Part shown: positions 9,479 through 18,728 of the stretch, in pieces
Layout of the letters: every line of letters starts with the position of its first letter
Position numbering within the stretch: position 1 is the first letter of the stretch
From: Bdellovibrio sp.
GTDB lineage: Bacteria; Bdellovibrionota; Bdellovibrionia; Bdellovibrionales; Bdellovibrionaceae
NCBI GenBank assembly: GCA_036677065.1
Contig: JAKFBS010000001.1
Span: 480,001-544,000, forward strand
Length of the DNA stretch: 64,000 nt
Direction: 5' to 3'
Translations under genes and position numbers: made by a program
The notes under the pieces: generated by a model
The model's database searches: none
What the model was told of the DNA's origin: nothing
Seen by the model: only the letters and a program-made list of their open reading frames with translations

Positions 9479-10310
9479 TTTAATTGCAGATTTTCGTGAA
9501 ATTTGTCCACACCGATCAAGTGCATTGTTTCGTGAATTTTTACCTGTGGGTTATCGCCTGACAACATTATCTTCAGTGCCACAGGAATACCGCGAAATCG
9601 TGATACAGGCTAAGATTCGTTTGGGTATGCTGATCACGCTTTATGATGATTTGGCAGATCATCCAGATTATTTGAACCCTGTGCTGTTAAAAAAATTATA
9701 TCGCCTAAATTTAGACTCTGATTTTACGCTGACGTTATCAATCAGCAAAGAAAATAAAATTTATCAGTTAGCACGTAAACTTTTTTCTGAACTGCGTGAT
9801 CTGTTATCAGGTTTGCCGAATTACGAACAGTTAAAAGCTATTCTTGAATTTGATATTGAGCAGTTTTATTGCTGTAACCGGTTATCAAGTTTGGCTACCG
9901 AGACGCCTGGAATTTTAAACCTGGCCGAATCGCAAACTTTGGGGCCGCATAATATGGGAATCATAGCTGCTGGCACGATTGATTTAATGTCGGTGACAGA
10001 TTTAAACGTACGTGAAATCGCCATTTGCCGCGAAATTTTTATTTTAGGTCAGCGTATGGGTCGAATCAGTAATGTTGTTTACACTTTTGAACGTGAGCAG
10101 TTAGAAGGTGATCAGACTAATGAAATTTTTGTGCAACAAAGATTATTCGGTGGAACTCATCAATCCATTAAGGCGCAGTTAATCCAAGAACTTCATGAGT
10201 GTAGCATAGCTATTAAAAAATTCTGTGCGCCGGCGTTTAGCGCTAATCAGTACGCCCAGGGTTTTCTGGAGTTGCATCAATTGCATGCCCGCTTAGAGAG
10301 TCAAATATGA
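9468..10310 (+). CDS. Class I isoprenoid/terpene synthase-like protein
   Basis: DDxxD motif (YDDLAD) and, about 140 aa later, an NSE/DTE-like RISNVVYTFERE. All-helical, about 280 aa; start overlaps the P450 end. Confidence 0.65.
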   Translation: MLDSLIADFREICPHRSSALFREFLPVGYRLTTLSSVPQEYREIVIQAKIRLGMLITLYDDLADHPDYLNPVLLKKLYRLNLDSDFTLTLSISKENKIYQLARKLFSELRDLLSGLPNYEQLKAILEFDIEQFYCCNRLSSLATETPGILNLAESQTLGPHNMGIIAAGTIDLMSVTDLNVREIAICREIFILGQRMGRISNVVYTFEREQLEGDQTNEIFVQQRLFGGTHQSIKAQLIQELHECSIAIKKFCAPAFSANQYAQGFLELHQLHARLESQI

Positions 10311-11548
10311 AGGCTGTGGTTATCGGTGGTGGTATTGCAGGGCTTGCAGCTGCGCGAGTGTTAGCTGCTCATTATACTTCAGTTGTGGTGTGCGAGAAGG
10401 ATTCACGAATTGGATCAGCTGATATTCGCACCGGTGCACCCCAAGGGGCTCACCTACATGTATTATTAAAAAATGGCCAGACCATTTTGCGTGAGCTGAT
10501 GCCGGATGTTTATGAGCAAATTAAAAATGGCCGCTGTAAAACCATCGATTGGGCTCAAGATACAGTTTGGGAAAATAAATTCGGCCGATTACCGCGTTAT
10601 CAATCGAAAGCTAAAACTTTTTCTTTTAGTCGTGGTCTATTAGAATCCAAACTATTTACTAGTGTGACTAAACTTCAAAATGTTTCGGTTATATATTCGC
10701 AAGTTTTAGAATTTACAAAATTTGCTGACAAAATTCATAGTGTTAAATTAGACAACGGACAAACCATTGAAGCCGATCTATTTGTCTTTGCCGCTGGTGC
10801 CCAGTCAATGTTATCCGGCCTATTAGGGCAGCCGTTAGTATATGAGATGACAGGAATAGATATAACCTACTATTCAGCGCGCTTTAAAACCGAAACGGTA
10901 AATTTGCCAGATTGTATGCAATATTATTATCAAGCAGATCCGGGTATTGAATCTATCGGTGGAGTGATTTCGCCCATTGAAAATAATCAAACTATTGCAA
11001 CCCTTATCGAATTTGGCCAAAAACCCGCGCGCATACTTGATCAGCCAGGATTTTTAGCCAAATCTATGCAATTGCCAAATTTAGATTTTTTTTGTTCAGT
11101 GATGAAAGCTGAAATGCAGGGGGCGGTACATTGTTTTCATAAAAAAACGATGTCTAGGATTACACCGGCAGCCTATAAAAGCTTACCAGATAATCTTATT
11201 CTGATCGGTGATTCGCTACTTTCTCTAAATCCTGTTTTTGGGCAAGGAATGACGAGCGCTTTTTTGCAAATTCGTGAATTAAAAACTCAGCTTGAAAAGA
11301 AAAGGCATGTAAACACCAAATCTTTTCATAAAAAGGTTTTGAAAATTACGCAGACAGCTTTTGCGATGTCAAAAGCGGGGTCAATGGATCATCGTCATTA
11401 TATAAAGCGCTACTTAGATGGGTTTTTACAATTAGCCAGCAAATCACAATTACACCACCGACGATTTTTACAAGTATTGCATTTAGAACGCGGGCCACTA
11501 TCTTTATTTAGTGCGCAGGTAGCTATTAAGGCGATGAGGCGTTTATGA
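10307..11548 (+). CDS. FAD-dependent monooxygenase/epoxidase-like oxidoreductase
   Basis: GGGIAG Rossmann motif, PQGAHLHVLL and IGDSLLSLNPVFGQGMT; ATGA overlap with the upstream gene. Confidence 0.88.
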   Translation: MKAVVIGGGIAGLAAARVLAAHYTSVVVCEKDSRIGSADIRTGAPQGAHLHVLLKNGQTILRELMPDVYEQIKNGRCKTIDWAQDTVWENKFGRLPRYQSKAKTFSFSRGLLESKLFTSVTKLQNVSVIYSQVLEFTKFADKIHSVKLDNGQTIEADLFVFAAGAQSMLSGLLGQPLVYEMTGIDITYYSARFKTETVNLPDCMQYYYQADPGIESIGGVISPIENNQTIATLIEFGQKPARILDQPGFLAKSMQLPNLDFFCSVMKAEMQGAVHCFHKKTMSRITPAAYKSLPDNLILIGDSLLSLNPVFGQGMTSAFLQIRELKTQLEKKRHVNTKSFHKKVLKITQTAFAMSKAGSMDHRHYIKRYLDGFLQLASKSQLHHRRFLQVLHLERGPLSLFSAQVAIKAMRRL

Positions 11549-12243
11549 TTTACCTGCATCAGTATCCACAGGCTTGGGGATTATCGAGTTTAAGTCCATT
11601 TTGTATTAAGGTTGAAGCATTTCTGCGACAAAGTAATTTGGAGTACGAAGTCATTGTCGAGCGTAATCCGCGTCGTGGGCCTAAGGGTAAAATGCCATTT
11701 ATTGTGGATAAAGGTGTGAGTATCGCAGATTCTGGTTTTATTATTTCGTCATTGATTCGCAATTATAATTTAGACAGCTATCATCCATTTAATTCTGCAC
11801 AAAAAGCCGCAGCTCATGCCTTTGAAAAGATGATTGAAGAAAATTTTTATTTTATATTGTTGTATGCACGTTGGGTCGATTCAGAAAGCCGGGTAAAAAC
11901 TGTATCTGAATTTACAAAGCTATTTCCACCCATCATTGGGCCGCTTTTTTTAAAACTGATTCGTAAGAATTTAACCAAACAAGCTTACTTGCAGGGAATT
12001 GGCCGGCATACGGCTTCTGAGGTGTATATAAAAGCGGAACAAGATCTTCGGGCGATCAGTGATTATATACAAAATGAAAATTATTTTCTGGGATCTGCGT
12101 GGTCACCCGTAGATGCCAGCCTGTTCGCTTTTTTAATTACTATCTTGCGCCAGCCCGTAGCGCCGCGCTTAAAAGAGCTGGTTGAACGATTCCCCAACTT
12201 AGTGGCTTACGCTGAGCGCGAAGCCCAGAGATTATCATTGTAG
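11545..12243 (+). CDS. Glutathione S-transferase, metaxin/FAX-like
   Basis: SLSPFCIKVEAFLR, PKGKMPFI and IADSGFII motifs; ATGA overlap. Confidence 0.88.
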   Translation: MIYLHQYPQAWGLSSLSPFCIKVEAFLRQSNLEYEVIVERNPRRGPKGKMPFIVDKGVSIADSGFIISSLIRNYNLDSYHPFNSAQKAAAHAFEKMIEENFYFILLYARWVDSESRVKTVSEFTKLFPPIIGPLFLKLIRKNLTKQAYLQGIGRHTASEVYIKAEQDLRAISDYIQNENYFLGSAWSPVDASLFAFLITILRQPVAPRLKELVERFPNLVAYAEREAQRLSL

Positions 12244-12287
12244 CTTAGAATAGCTTGCGTAGAATTACCTTTGTTTGTGGAGGTCTT

Positions 12288-12920
12288 ATGATGTTAGTCA
12301 TTGGAAATAAACGTTATTCGAGCTGGTCATTGCGCCCATGGGTGTTGATGAAACATTTTGATATCCCTTTCGAAGAAAAACTAATCGCCCTTGATCAGCC
12401 AGACACCGAACAAAAGATTTTAAAATATTCTCCCTCGAAAAAAGTGCCTGCTCTTGTTGATGTCGATATCACAGTATGGGAATCGATGGCCATTATGGAA
12501 TACTTAAATGAAAAATACCCACAAAAACAAATGTGGCCAGCCGATACAAAAAAACGTGCCCTCGCACGTTCGGTGGCAAATGAAATGCATTCTGGTTTTT
12601 CAGCGATGCGAAATATAATGTCGCATGATTTGCAAAAAACTGTTCCAGGATTCGATTATTCGGCGGCGCTGACTGATGTAAATCGCGTGATGGATATTTG
12701 GCGTGAATGTTTACAGCAATCGGGTGGGCCTTTTTTATTTGGTTCATTTAGTATTGCCGATGCGATGTATGCGCCGGTAGTGAATCGTTTTATTACTTAT
12801 GATGTGAAGTTTGATACAGATTGCGCAAAGTACATTATAGCCATGCGTGAACTGCCAGCGCATAAAGCATGGATCGAGGCAGGATTAGCTGAAAAGCTAG
12901 TCGCGCCCCTACATATCTAA
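12288..12920 (+). CDS. Glutathione S-transferase family protein
   Basis: GGAGG RBS; GNKRYSSWSLRPW, KVPAL, WESMAI, EMHSGF and FSIADAMYAPV motifs. Confidence 0.92.
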   Translation: MMLVIGNKRYSSWSLRPWVLMKHFDIPFEEKLIALDQPDTEQKILKYSPSKKVPALVDVDITVWESMAIMEYLNEKYPQKQMWPADTKKRALARSVANEMHSGFSAMRNIMSHDLQKTVPGFDYSAALTDVNRVMDIWRECLQQSGGPFLFGSFSIADAMYAPVVNRFITYDVKFDTDCAKYIIAMRELPAHKAWIEAGLAEKLVAPLHI

Positions 12921-13450
12921 TTATCTTGGTCTTTATCTTGATCTTTATCCTGCGATTGATCTTGATCCTGATCTACACGGGGCGTGCCATTTAACGTGTT
13001 CACATATATGATTGCATCAACGGCATCGCACGGTGCTGCCGATGCATATTGGCAATCTGAAATATTAAAACGAAAAGCATCTGCCAGTTTTGTCTCGCGG
13101 TTTAGGTGTAGAGTGATCGTGTTAAATAAATGCTCTTGGCCATTGATGGCCTGCATATTCTGACGATCGGGGCTAACCAAAGTAAATAACAATTTAAAAT
13201 TTGAATAAAATTCCCAGTGCCCGGTCGCAGTTTCAAGTATTTGATCAACCGAAGCTAAGAGCTTTGTGCGTTCGCTGTATTCAGGATTTATGTGTCCTAT
13301 TTTAAAATCGATAACAGTTGAAGAATTGACGATTTGCTTAGCTGAAGTGGCTTCAACAACTCTTTCTGAAACAGGGCTTTGTTCAAAACGGCTTTGACGA
13401 CATGAAAAAACTAAAGTTGCGCAAAGTGCAGTAAGTATCAATAGTTTCAT
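12917..13450 (-). CDS. Hypothetical lipoprotein with DQ/DK low-complexity tail
   Basis: AGGAGG RBS, lipobox VFSC and C-terminal DQDQDQSQDKDQDKDQDN. Confidence 0.7.
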   Translation of the reverse strand: MKLLILTALCATLVFSCRQSRFEQSPVSERVVEATSAKQIVNSSTVIDFKIGHINPEYSERTKLLASVDQILETATGHWEFYSNFKLLFTLVSPDRQNMQAINGQEHLFNTITLHLNRETKLADAFRFNISDCQYASAAPCDAVDAIIYVNTLNGTPRVDQDQDQSQDKDQDKDQDN

Positions 13451-13488
13451 AATTCCTCCTATGAATTATTTTGCATGAGAGGATTTAC

Positions 13489-13504
13489 AGCAACGGCTAT
13501 GCCA
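13489..13504 (-). promoter_or_regulatory. sigma54-type -24/-12 promoter
   Basis: The minus strand reads TGGCATAGCCGTTGCT, near consensus, about 40 nt upstream of the lipoprotein start. Confidence 0.6.
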
Positions 13505-13530
13505 TGGGGCGACGGTCCCCGCGTTATGAA

Positions 13531-14019
13531 TTACTGAATTGCAATAATGTCGTACTCGAGTGTACGTGCAGGGCTTTCAACGACAGCCACATCATCGACA
13601 TGAAGTCCCAATAAACTTTCGCCAAGCGGTGAGCTACTTGCCACGACCTGGATATTAAGACCTTCAAATGCCACAGTCATTCCTCCACCCTTAGGCACAA
13701 GAAAGATATGCAAAGTTTTATTACCGTGTGTAGCTTCGATGATCGCAGAAAGCTGAATAGAGTCGTCTGCTGTCAGAGTTCTTAATTTCAAAAAATTATA
13801 CATAGCAAAAATCTCTTCGATTTCTGCTAGGCGTTTTCCCTGGGCTCCGGCTAGGTAAGAGGCTTCAAGCCCGCGGGTATCGTATTCATTTTCTGGTTTT
13901 GATTCTTCGTGAGTCGCATCTTCGTAGGTAGCTAAAGCAGCCGCTTTTAATATTTCAAAAGACTCTTGTAAGTCGGCTTTGATTTTTTGTACTAAGACTG
14001 CTTTATCGATTTTTTTCAT
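13531..14019 (-). CDS. GreA/GreB-family elongation-factor-like protein
   Basis: Coiled coil with ENEYDTRGLEASYLA and C-terminal SSPLGESLLG. Confidence 0.8.
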   Translation of the reverse strand: MKKIDKAVLVQKIKADLQESFEILKAAALATYEDATHEESKPENEYDTRGLEASYLAGAQGKRLAEIEEIFAMYNFLKLRTLTADDSIQLSAIIEATHGNKTLHIFLVPKGGGMTVAFEGLNIQVVASSSPLGESLLGLHVDDVAVVESPARTLEYDIIAIQ

Positions 14020-14037
14020 AGGCCAATTAGACCATAT

Positions 14038-15477
14038 TTAAAAATTATTTTGTACCGCAAAAATTATTAATGATCCTTTTTGATCGGCACTGCTGGAATA
14101 ACTGCCATTGTTGCCTTTCATATTGAAAAGCTGTGTATGGTTTAGCTGTAACTTAAGATTCTGTTTAGAGTAAAAATAATTCACTCCCACCGTGGCCGCT
14201 GTGCTCGTAAACTGGTTCGCGCTATTTGGTTTAAGTGAATCGTAACGAGCGGCTAATTGCCACTGATCAGAAAGTTTGTAACCAGCATCGAACATATAAG
14301 CCGTGCTTCGCACCGAGCTGATGTTGCCGTTAACATATTCTCCGCGCAGACTAAGATAAGTATTCGCCCAACCTAAATTGACGCCATAACGGTTTGGATC
14401 GTAACAGATCGCATCTTTGCACAGAACAAAAGTGCCCACGTTAAAACCCAGCGGAAGCGCAGCTTCTAAGCGGCCAGTGTAATCTTTGCGATCATTTTTT
14501 TCATCCACATTAGGGCCCTGACCATTTGACATTGCTATAGATGCTTTAATTTTTTCGTATTTATACGTTAGCATTGCGCCCGGATCCCTACGCTCGCCGT
14601 AGGTTCTTGTTAGCAGCGACCTTTCTGCAAACAAAAGTTCACTCGTCGATTGCATACTTTCAGCAGCCGTCGGCAGTTTGAACTGACCCAGTGTAAGTTC
14701 GAGATCCGGTGCTAATTTAAAAGCAATACCCATATCTTGTAAAATTTTATTGTCACCACTGGTGTTAACATCATTGATTGTGGTTTTTGTTGTTCCTGAG
14801 GTCACAACAGAAGTTGCATTCGTTGACAGACCTTTAGCAAAGTCAGCCACTAAAAACCATCTTGTATTTTCAGCACTTGAGCCAGTTAATTTTAATTCGG
14901 CTCGGCGCACGCGAAAATTTGTATCAGCGGCAACGGCTGATTTTGTTTGATCTTCTAAATACCAAAATTGAATTAAGGCGTTGTTTTTCCATGTCGGAAC
15001 AAATTCAGGCTTTACTTCTACCGGTGCAGGCGGTGGGGGAGTTGCAACAACCTCTGGTACGGCAGAAACTACAGTCGTCGTTGATACACTCACTGGTGCA
15101 GAAACAACTGCCATGGCAACTGTTTCGGCTGGTTTTTTTTCTTCAGCAGCGACAGCGCGCTCAGATTTTTTTTCAGAAAATTGAACTTCGCCGGCTACGT
15201 CCCAAATCGAACTGTTTTTTCCGACAAAACGTTTTAAGCTTGTTTTGAAAACCCATTTATCGCTTTCAATTGTTGCAGTGGCTTTATCGCCGCTGCAATG
15301 AATTGTTGGTTTTTTACTAGGTGTTGTCATAGCGCAATTTTTCAAACTAAAATCAACACGTAAATTTTTACAGGAATCGCCGGTGGCATAAGCCACCGCA
15401 CAATTTTTTTGGGGTTTAGCCGCTACGGGTAAAGTAATCGCTAAGCCTAAGAATGTTAAAGTGATTAGCGATTTCAT
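14038..15477 (-). CDS. OprO/OprP-like porin with N-terminal Cys-containing extension
   Basis: Signal peptide, FRVRRAELKLTG, GQFKLP, AERS, QLAARYD and a terminal Phe. A 4-Cys domain and Pro/Val linker precede the barrel. Confidence 0.75.
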   Translation of the reverse strand: MKSLITLTFLGLAITLPVAAKPQKNCAVAYATGDSCKNLRVDFSLKNCAMTTPSKKPTIHCSGDKATATIESDKWVFKTSLKRFVGKNSSIWDVAGEVQFSEKKSERAVAAEEKKPAETVAMAVVSAPVSVSTTTVVSAVPEVVATPPPPAPVEVKPEFVPTWKNNALIQFWYLEDQTKSAVAADTNFRVRRAELKLTGSSAENTRWFLVADFAKGLSTNATSVVTSGTTKTTINDVNTSGDNKILQDMGIAFKLAPDLELTLGQFKLPTAAESMQSTSELLFAERSLLTRTYGERRDPGAMLTYKYEKIKASIAMSNGQGPNVDEKNDRKDYTGRLEAALPLGFNVGTFVLCKDAICYDPNRYGVNLGWANTYLSLRGEYVNGNISSVRSTAYMFDAGYKLSDQWQLAARYDSLKPNSANQFTSTAATVGVNYFYSKQNLKLQLNHTQLFNMKGNNGSYSSSADQKGSLIIFAVQNNF

Positions 15478-15480
15478 AGT

Positions 15481-17199
15481 TTAGTCATCACCGCTGACTT
15501 TTAAATCATGATATGACGGTACATCTAGCTTACTTTTTTTATGTTTAAAACTAACTACTTTATTTGTTGAAGGCTTAAAGTTTTCACTCTTACGAGGTGA
15601 GTAACTTGCATGTTGTGGTGCTTGTGTACTTAAACCGTAGACGATAATTTGCATCTCATTGACTAAAGTAGTTAACGATTCAGATTGCGCAGCTAATTCA
15701 ACCGAAGCTGATGCTGAGTTTTGTGAAATCGAAGCATTTTGTTGCGTTACCGTGTCCATTTGTGACATGGCTTTAGTGATTTCTTGAATTCCGATAGATT
15801 GTTCTTTTGAAGAGCTTGAAATCTCGATCACCATTGAGCTTACATCGGCTGCTTCAGCAACGATTTGTTCTAAAATTTCACCACATTGAGTGGCGATCGT
15901 GTGACCACGCTCAACTTTTTCTTTACCGATTAAAATTAAACCCTCAACACGTTCTTTAGTTTGAACCACGATGTGATTTACTTTTTTAATACTTTCTTCA
16001 AGGGTGCTAGAAATTTCTTGCGCGGCATTTCCGCTCATTTGGGCTAGATTTCCAACTTCTTCTGCAACTACAGAGAATCCTTTTCCGTGTTCACCTGCGC
16101 GCGCTGCTTCAACCGAAGCATTGAATGATAATAATTTAGTTTGGAATACGATATCTTTGATGACCGTAGTTTTTGCACCAATATCCATAATTACACGAGT
16201 AATTTCAGCGATGTTTTTATTTGATTCTTCAACCGCGTTCATGATTTGGCTATTACTTTCATTGATATCTGAAATCGCTGTCATCATTTCAGTAACAACG
16301 CTACGGCCTTTTTGGGCAACCTGTTGGCTAGTCACTGCTTTATCACGTGATTTTTCAGCATTGTCTGAATTTTTTGAAACCATCGCTGATAATTCTTCAA
16401 CCGCTGATGAAGTTTCTTGAACTGCAGCAGCTTGTTCTGATGAAGAGCTTGATAAACTTTCACTTGAAGTCGCGATTTCAGTGGCCGCTGAATTTACCTG
16501 AGTTGCGCCGTCAACTAGATTTTTTGAAACTGAAACTAGTTGGTTTGAAAGACTACGAGCAAATAAAATTCCCATCGTTAAAGATAAGATAAAGCCAAAT
16601 CCGACTAGCACCATTGCTAAAGTTGACTGAGCTTTACTGGTTTCTTCTACATCTTTTGTCCATTTAGCAGCTTCAGTCTGATGAAATTTTAAAAGCGCTC
16701 CGATTTTATCATAAAAACCATTGCGAATTTTACTGAAGTCACCGCGGTATGAGTTGGCGAACTCCATACGGTCTGCCGGAGAACCTGACATTAAGAGAGG
16801 TATAGATTCATCAACTTTCTTTATCATGCTCTGGTAGCTATCTATGAAAGTATCATAGATTTCTTTTTCTCCTTCAGTAAAGTCGATGGCTTCATAAGCA
16901 GTTCTGGCTGTGGCAAATCTTTGTTTTTCTTCATCAAGACGCGCAAGTAATCTTTTTTGTTCTTTTTCGTCATTACCGGGCAAAGTCATTTGTGTTAATA
17001 AGCGCAAGACTGAAACACCAGCAAAGCGCATGGTTGCTACGCTTACAGCGTTGGGAAAATTTATTTTTACGATGTGGTTATAATGATTACTTGTGACTGT
17101 AAGTGCGTTTACGCCTACCGCGCCAACAATAAGAAGTAGAATAGAACTAATCGCAGACATAGCAATTAGTTTTGTTTTTAGGCCAAATTTTTGAAACAT
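15481..17199 (-). CDS. Methyl-accepting chemotaxis protein (4HB sensor)
   Basis: Two TM helices and signalling hairpin QTKLLSFNASVEAARAGEHGKGFSVVAEEVGNLA. Confidence 0.96.
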   Translation of the reverse strand: MFQKFGLKTKLIAMSAISSILLLIVGAVGVNALTVTSNHYNHIVKINFPNAVSVATMRFAGVSVLRLLTQMTLPGNDEKEQKRLLARLDEEKQRFATARTAYEAIDFTEGEKEIYDTFIDSYQSMIKKVDESIPLLMSGSPADRMEFANSYRGDFSKIRNGFYDKIGALLKFHQTEAAKWTKDVEETSKAQSTLAMVLVGFGFILSLTMGILFARSLSNQLVSVSKNLVDGATQVNSAATEIATSSESLSSSSSEQAAAVQETSSAVEELSAMVSKNSDNAEKSRDKAVTSQQVAQKGRSVVTEMMTAISDINESNSQIMNAVEESNKNIAEITRVIMDIGAKTTVIKDIVFQTKLLSFNASVEAARAGEHGKGFSVVAEEVGNLAQMSGNAAQEISSTLEESIKKVNHIVVQTKERVEGLILIGKEKVERGHTIATQCGEILEQIVAEAADVSSMVIEISSSSKEQSIGIQEITKAMSQMDTVTQQNASISQNSASASVELAAQSESLTTLVNEMQIIVYGLSTQAPQHASYSPRKSENFKPSTNKVVSFKHKKSKLDVPSYHDLKVSGDD

Positions 17200-17232
17200 A
17201 CGTGCTCCTTTAGAGTTTTCATAGTTGTATTA

Positions 17233-17240
17233 TTATCGGT
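17233..17240 (-). promoter_or_regulatory. sigma28-like -10 element ACCGATAA upstream of the MCP
   Basis: Matches GCCGATAA at 7 of 8 positions; the -35 box is weak. Confidence 0.4.
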
Positions 17241-17281
17241 AATTTTTTTTAAAAAATAGTTAAGAGATTGTGAACCGGGGT

Positions 17282-17674
17282 CTAGGCGGCCTTTTTAAAG
17301 GCCTCGACCATTTTGACTTGCAACGTTTGCATACTAAACGGTTTTACTACATATGCAGATACGCCGACAGTTAAGGCTTCTAGCACTTGGGCTTTTTCTG
17401 ATTCAGCAGTCACTAACATAAATGGTAAGTTAGCAAAGCGGGTGTCTGTGCGAACTTTTTTTAACAGCTCAATCCCTGATCCATTTGGCATATTCCAATC
17501 TGAAATAACTAAACCATAATCAGCATTCGGCGCGCTGATGGCTTCCCAGCCTTTTACGCCGTCTTCACTTTCAGTGATATTTTCAAAACCTAAGTCTTTT
17601 AAAGATTTAGCTACAATCTTTCGCATTGTTTTCATGTCATCAATAATAAGAATCTTAGTACTAGTACTGAACAT
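17282..17674 (-). CDS. cheY: Chemotaxis response regulator CheY
   Basis: IIDD, SDWNMP, VTAE and YVVKPF motifs; located within the che cluster. Confidence 0.9.
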   Translation of the reverse strand: MFSTSTKILIIDDMKTMRKIVAKSLKDLGFENITESEDGVKGWEAISAPNADYGLVISDWNMPNGSGIELLKKVRTDTRFANLPFMLVTAESEKAQVLEALTVGVSAYVVKPFSMQTLQVKMVEAFKKAA

Positions 17675-17694
17675 TAGTTCTCCTTGTAAATAAA

Positions 17695-18522
17695 TTATTT
17701 TTTTGGATCAAACGAAATTTCGACTCGAAACATACCGAATGGTGTTTTGAACGGTAGCATAATCACTTTTTGGTATGTTGTCTGGCGAATTTTAATTTTT
17801 TCGCCAGATAGAATTGTTGGCAGAGCCGACTCCAACTTAAAACCGCATTGTTCATTGAGTTTTGTTTTAGCGCTGCCATAAATAATATTTAATAATTCAC
17901 CGGCAGCGTCTTCGATTTCTTCATTAATTTTATCAACGACTTCGCCAAACATTGCTTCATAGATTTTAAGAAACACAACCTCTGGAAATGCCAAGGTGAT
18001 TGAGCCATTAAATCGTTCATTGATTAAAGAAATGACTCCAGCAATTGAGATATCATCAGATCTGAATTTTTCATCAATATGAATAAGCTGCGGCTTTTGC
18101 GCTTCGCATTTGGTATTAGCCATTTGTTCGAGTGTTATCAATGTGGCTTCTAAAAATGGATTAATCATTTGCACATCAAGGCTAGATTTATTTTGACTGA
18201 CTTTGGGCAGGTAACTTTGATCAGCGGTTACGTTTAAAGCGTCAGATATTCCGGCTAATTTGAATTGTTGGCCTAATTGTAAATTCAGATTATGACTTGC
18301 AATTTGTTTTCCGGCTTTACGTATGTTCTGAGATACAGTCAGAAGCGCGCGATATGTAATTTGTTTGCAATCATTCGTTTTTTGAAAATTAAAGGCATAG
18401 ATTTCAATCGATGTCATGGCTAACCAGTCTTTGGCATTAACTAATAATAGATCAGAAAATTCGCTATCCAGAGTTTCTGGAAGTTCGATAGTCATGATCG
18501 GACCGTTCGTCAAAATATTCAT
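17695..18522 (-). CDS. cheX: CheX phosphatase with N-terminal STAS-like domain
   Basis: INPFLEAT...DAAGELLNIIYGSAK...LPTI CheX signature plus about 110 extra N-terminal residues. Confidence 0.85.
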   Translation of the reverse strand: MNILTNGPIMTIELPETLDSEFSDLLLVNAKDWLAMTSIEIYAFNFQKTNDCKQITYRALLTVSQNIRKAGKQIASHNLNLQLGQQFKLAGISDALNVTADQSYLPKVSQNKSSLDVQMINPFLEATLITLEQMANTKCEAQKPQLIHIDEKFRSDDISIAGVISLINERFNGSITLAFPEVVFLKIYEAMFGEVVDKINEEIEDAAGELLNIIYGSAKTKLNEQCGFKLESALPTILSGEKIKIRQTTYQKVIMLPFKTPFGMFRVEISFDPKK

Positions 18523-18728
18523 TTTACATGCGCCTCGAAGGTTTCATAATTTCCAACAACACTTCGGCTGTTATTTATTTCTAGACTTAAAGCTTTACTG
18601 CTATGTGATTGAAAACAGTCATTAAAATTTAAATTATTAAGAAATTGTGAATTCAAATTATCAAGAGAGTGTTAAAGAAGGGCTGGGTCAGTTTAATTTA
18701 TTGAAGGACCCGTCGATCATGTACCTAT

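Noticed and set aside
12921..12975. Short imperfect 6/12-bp tandem repeats resembling an array
   Set aside because: They encode the DQDK tail of a lipoprotein; there are no spacers or cas genes.
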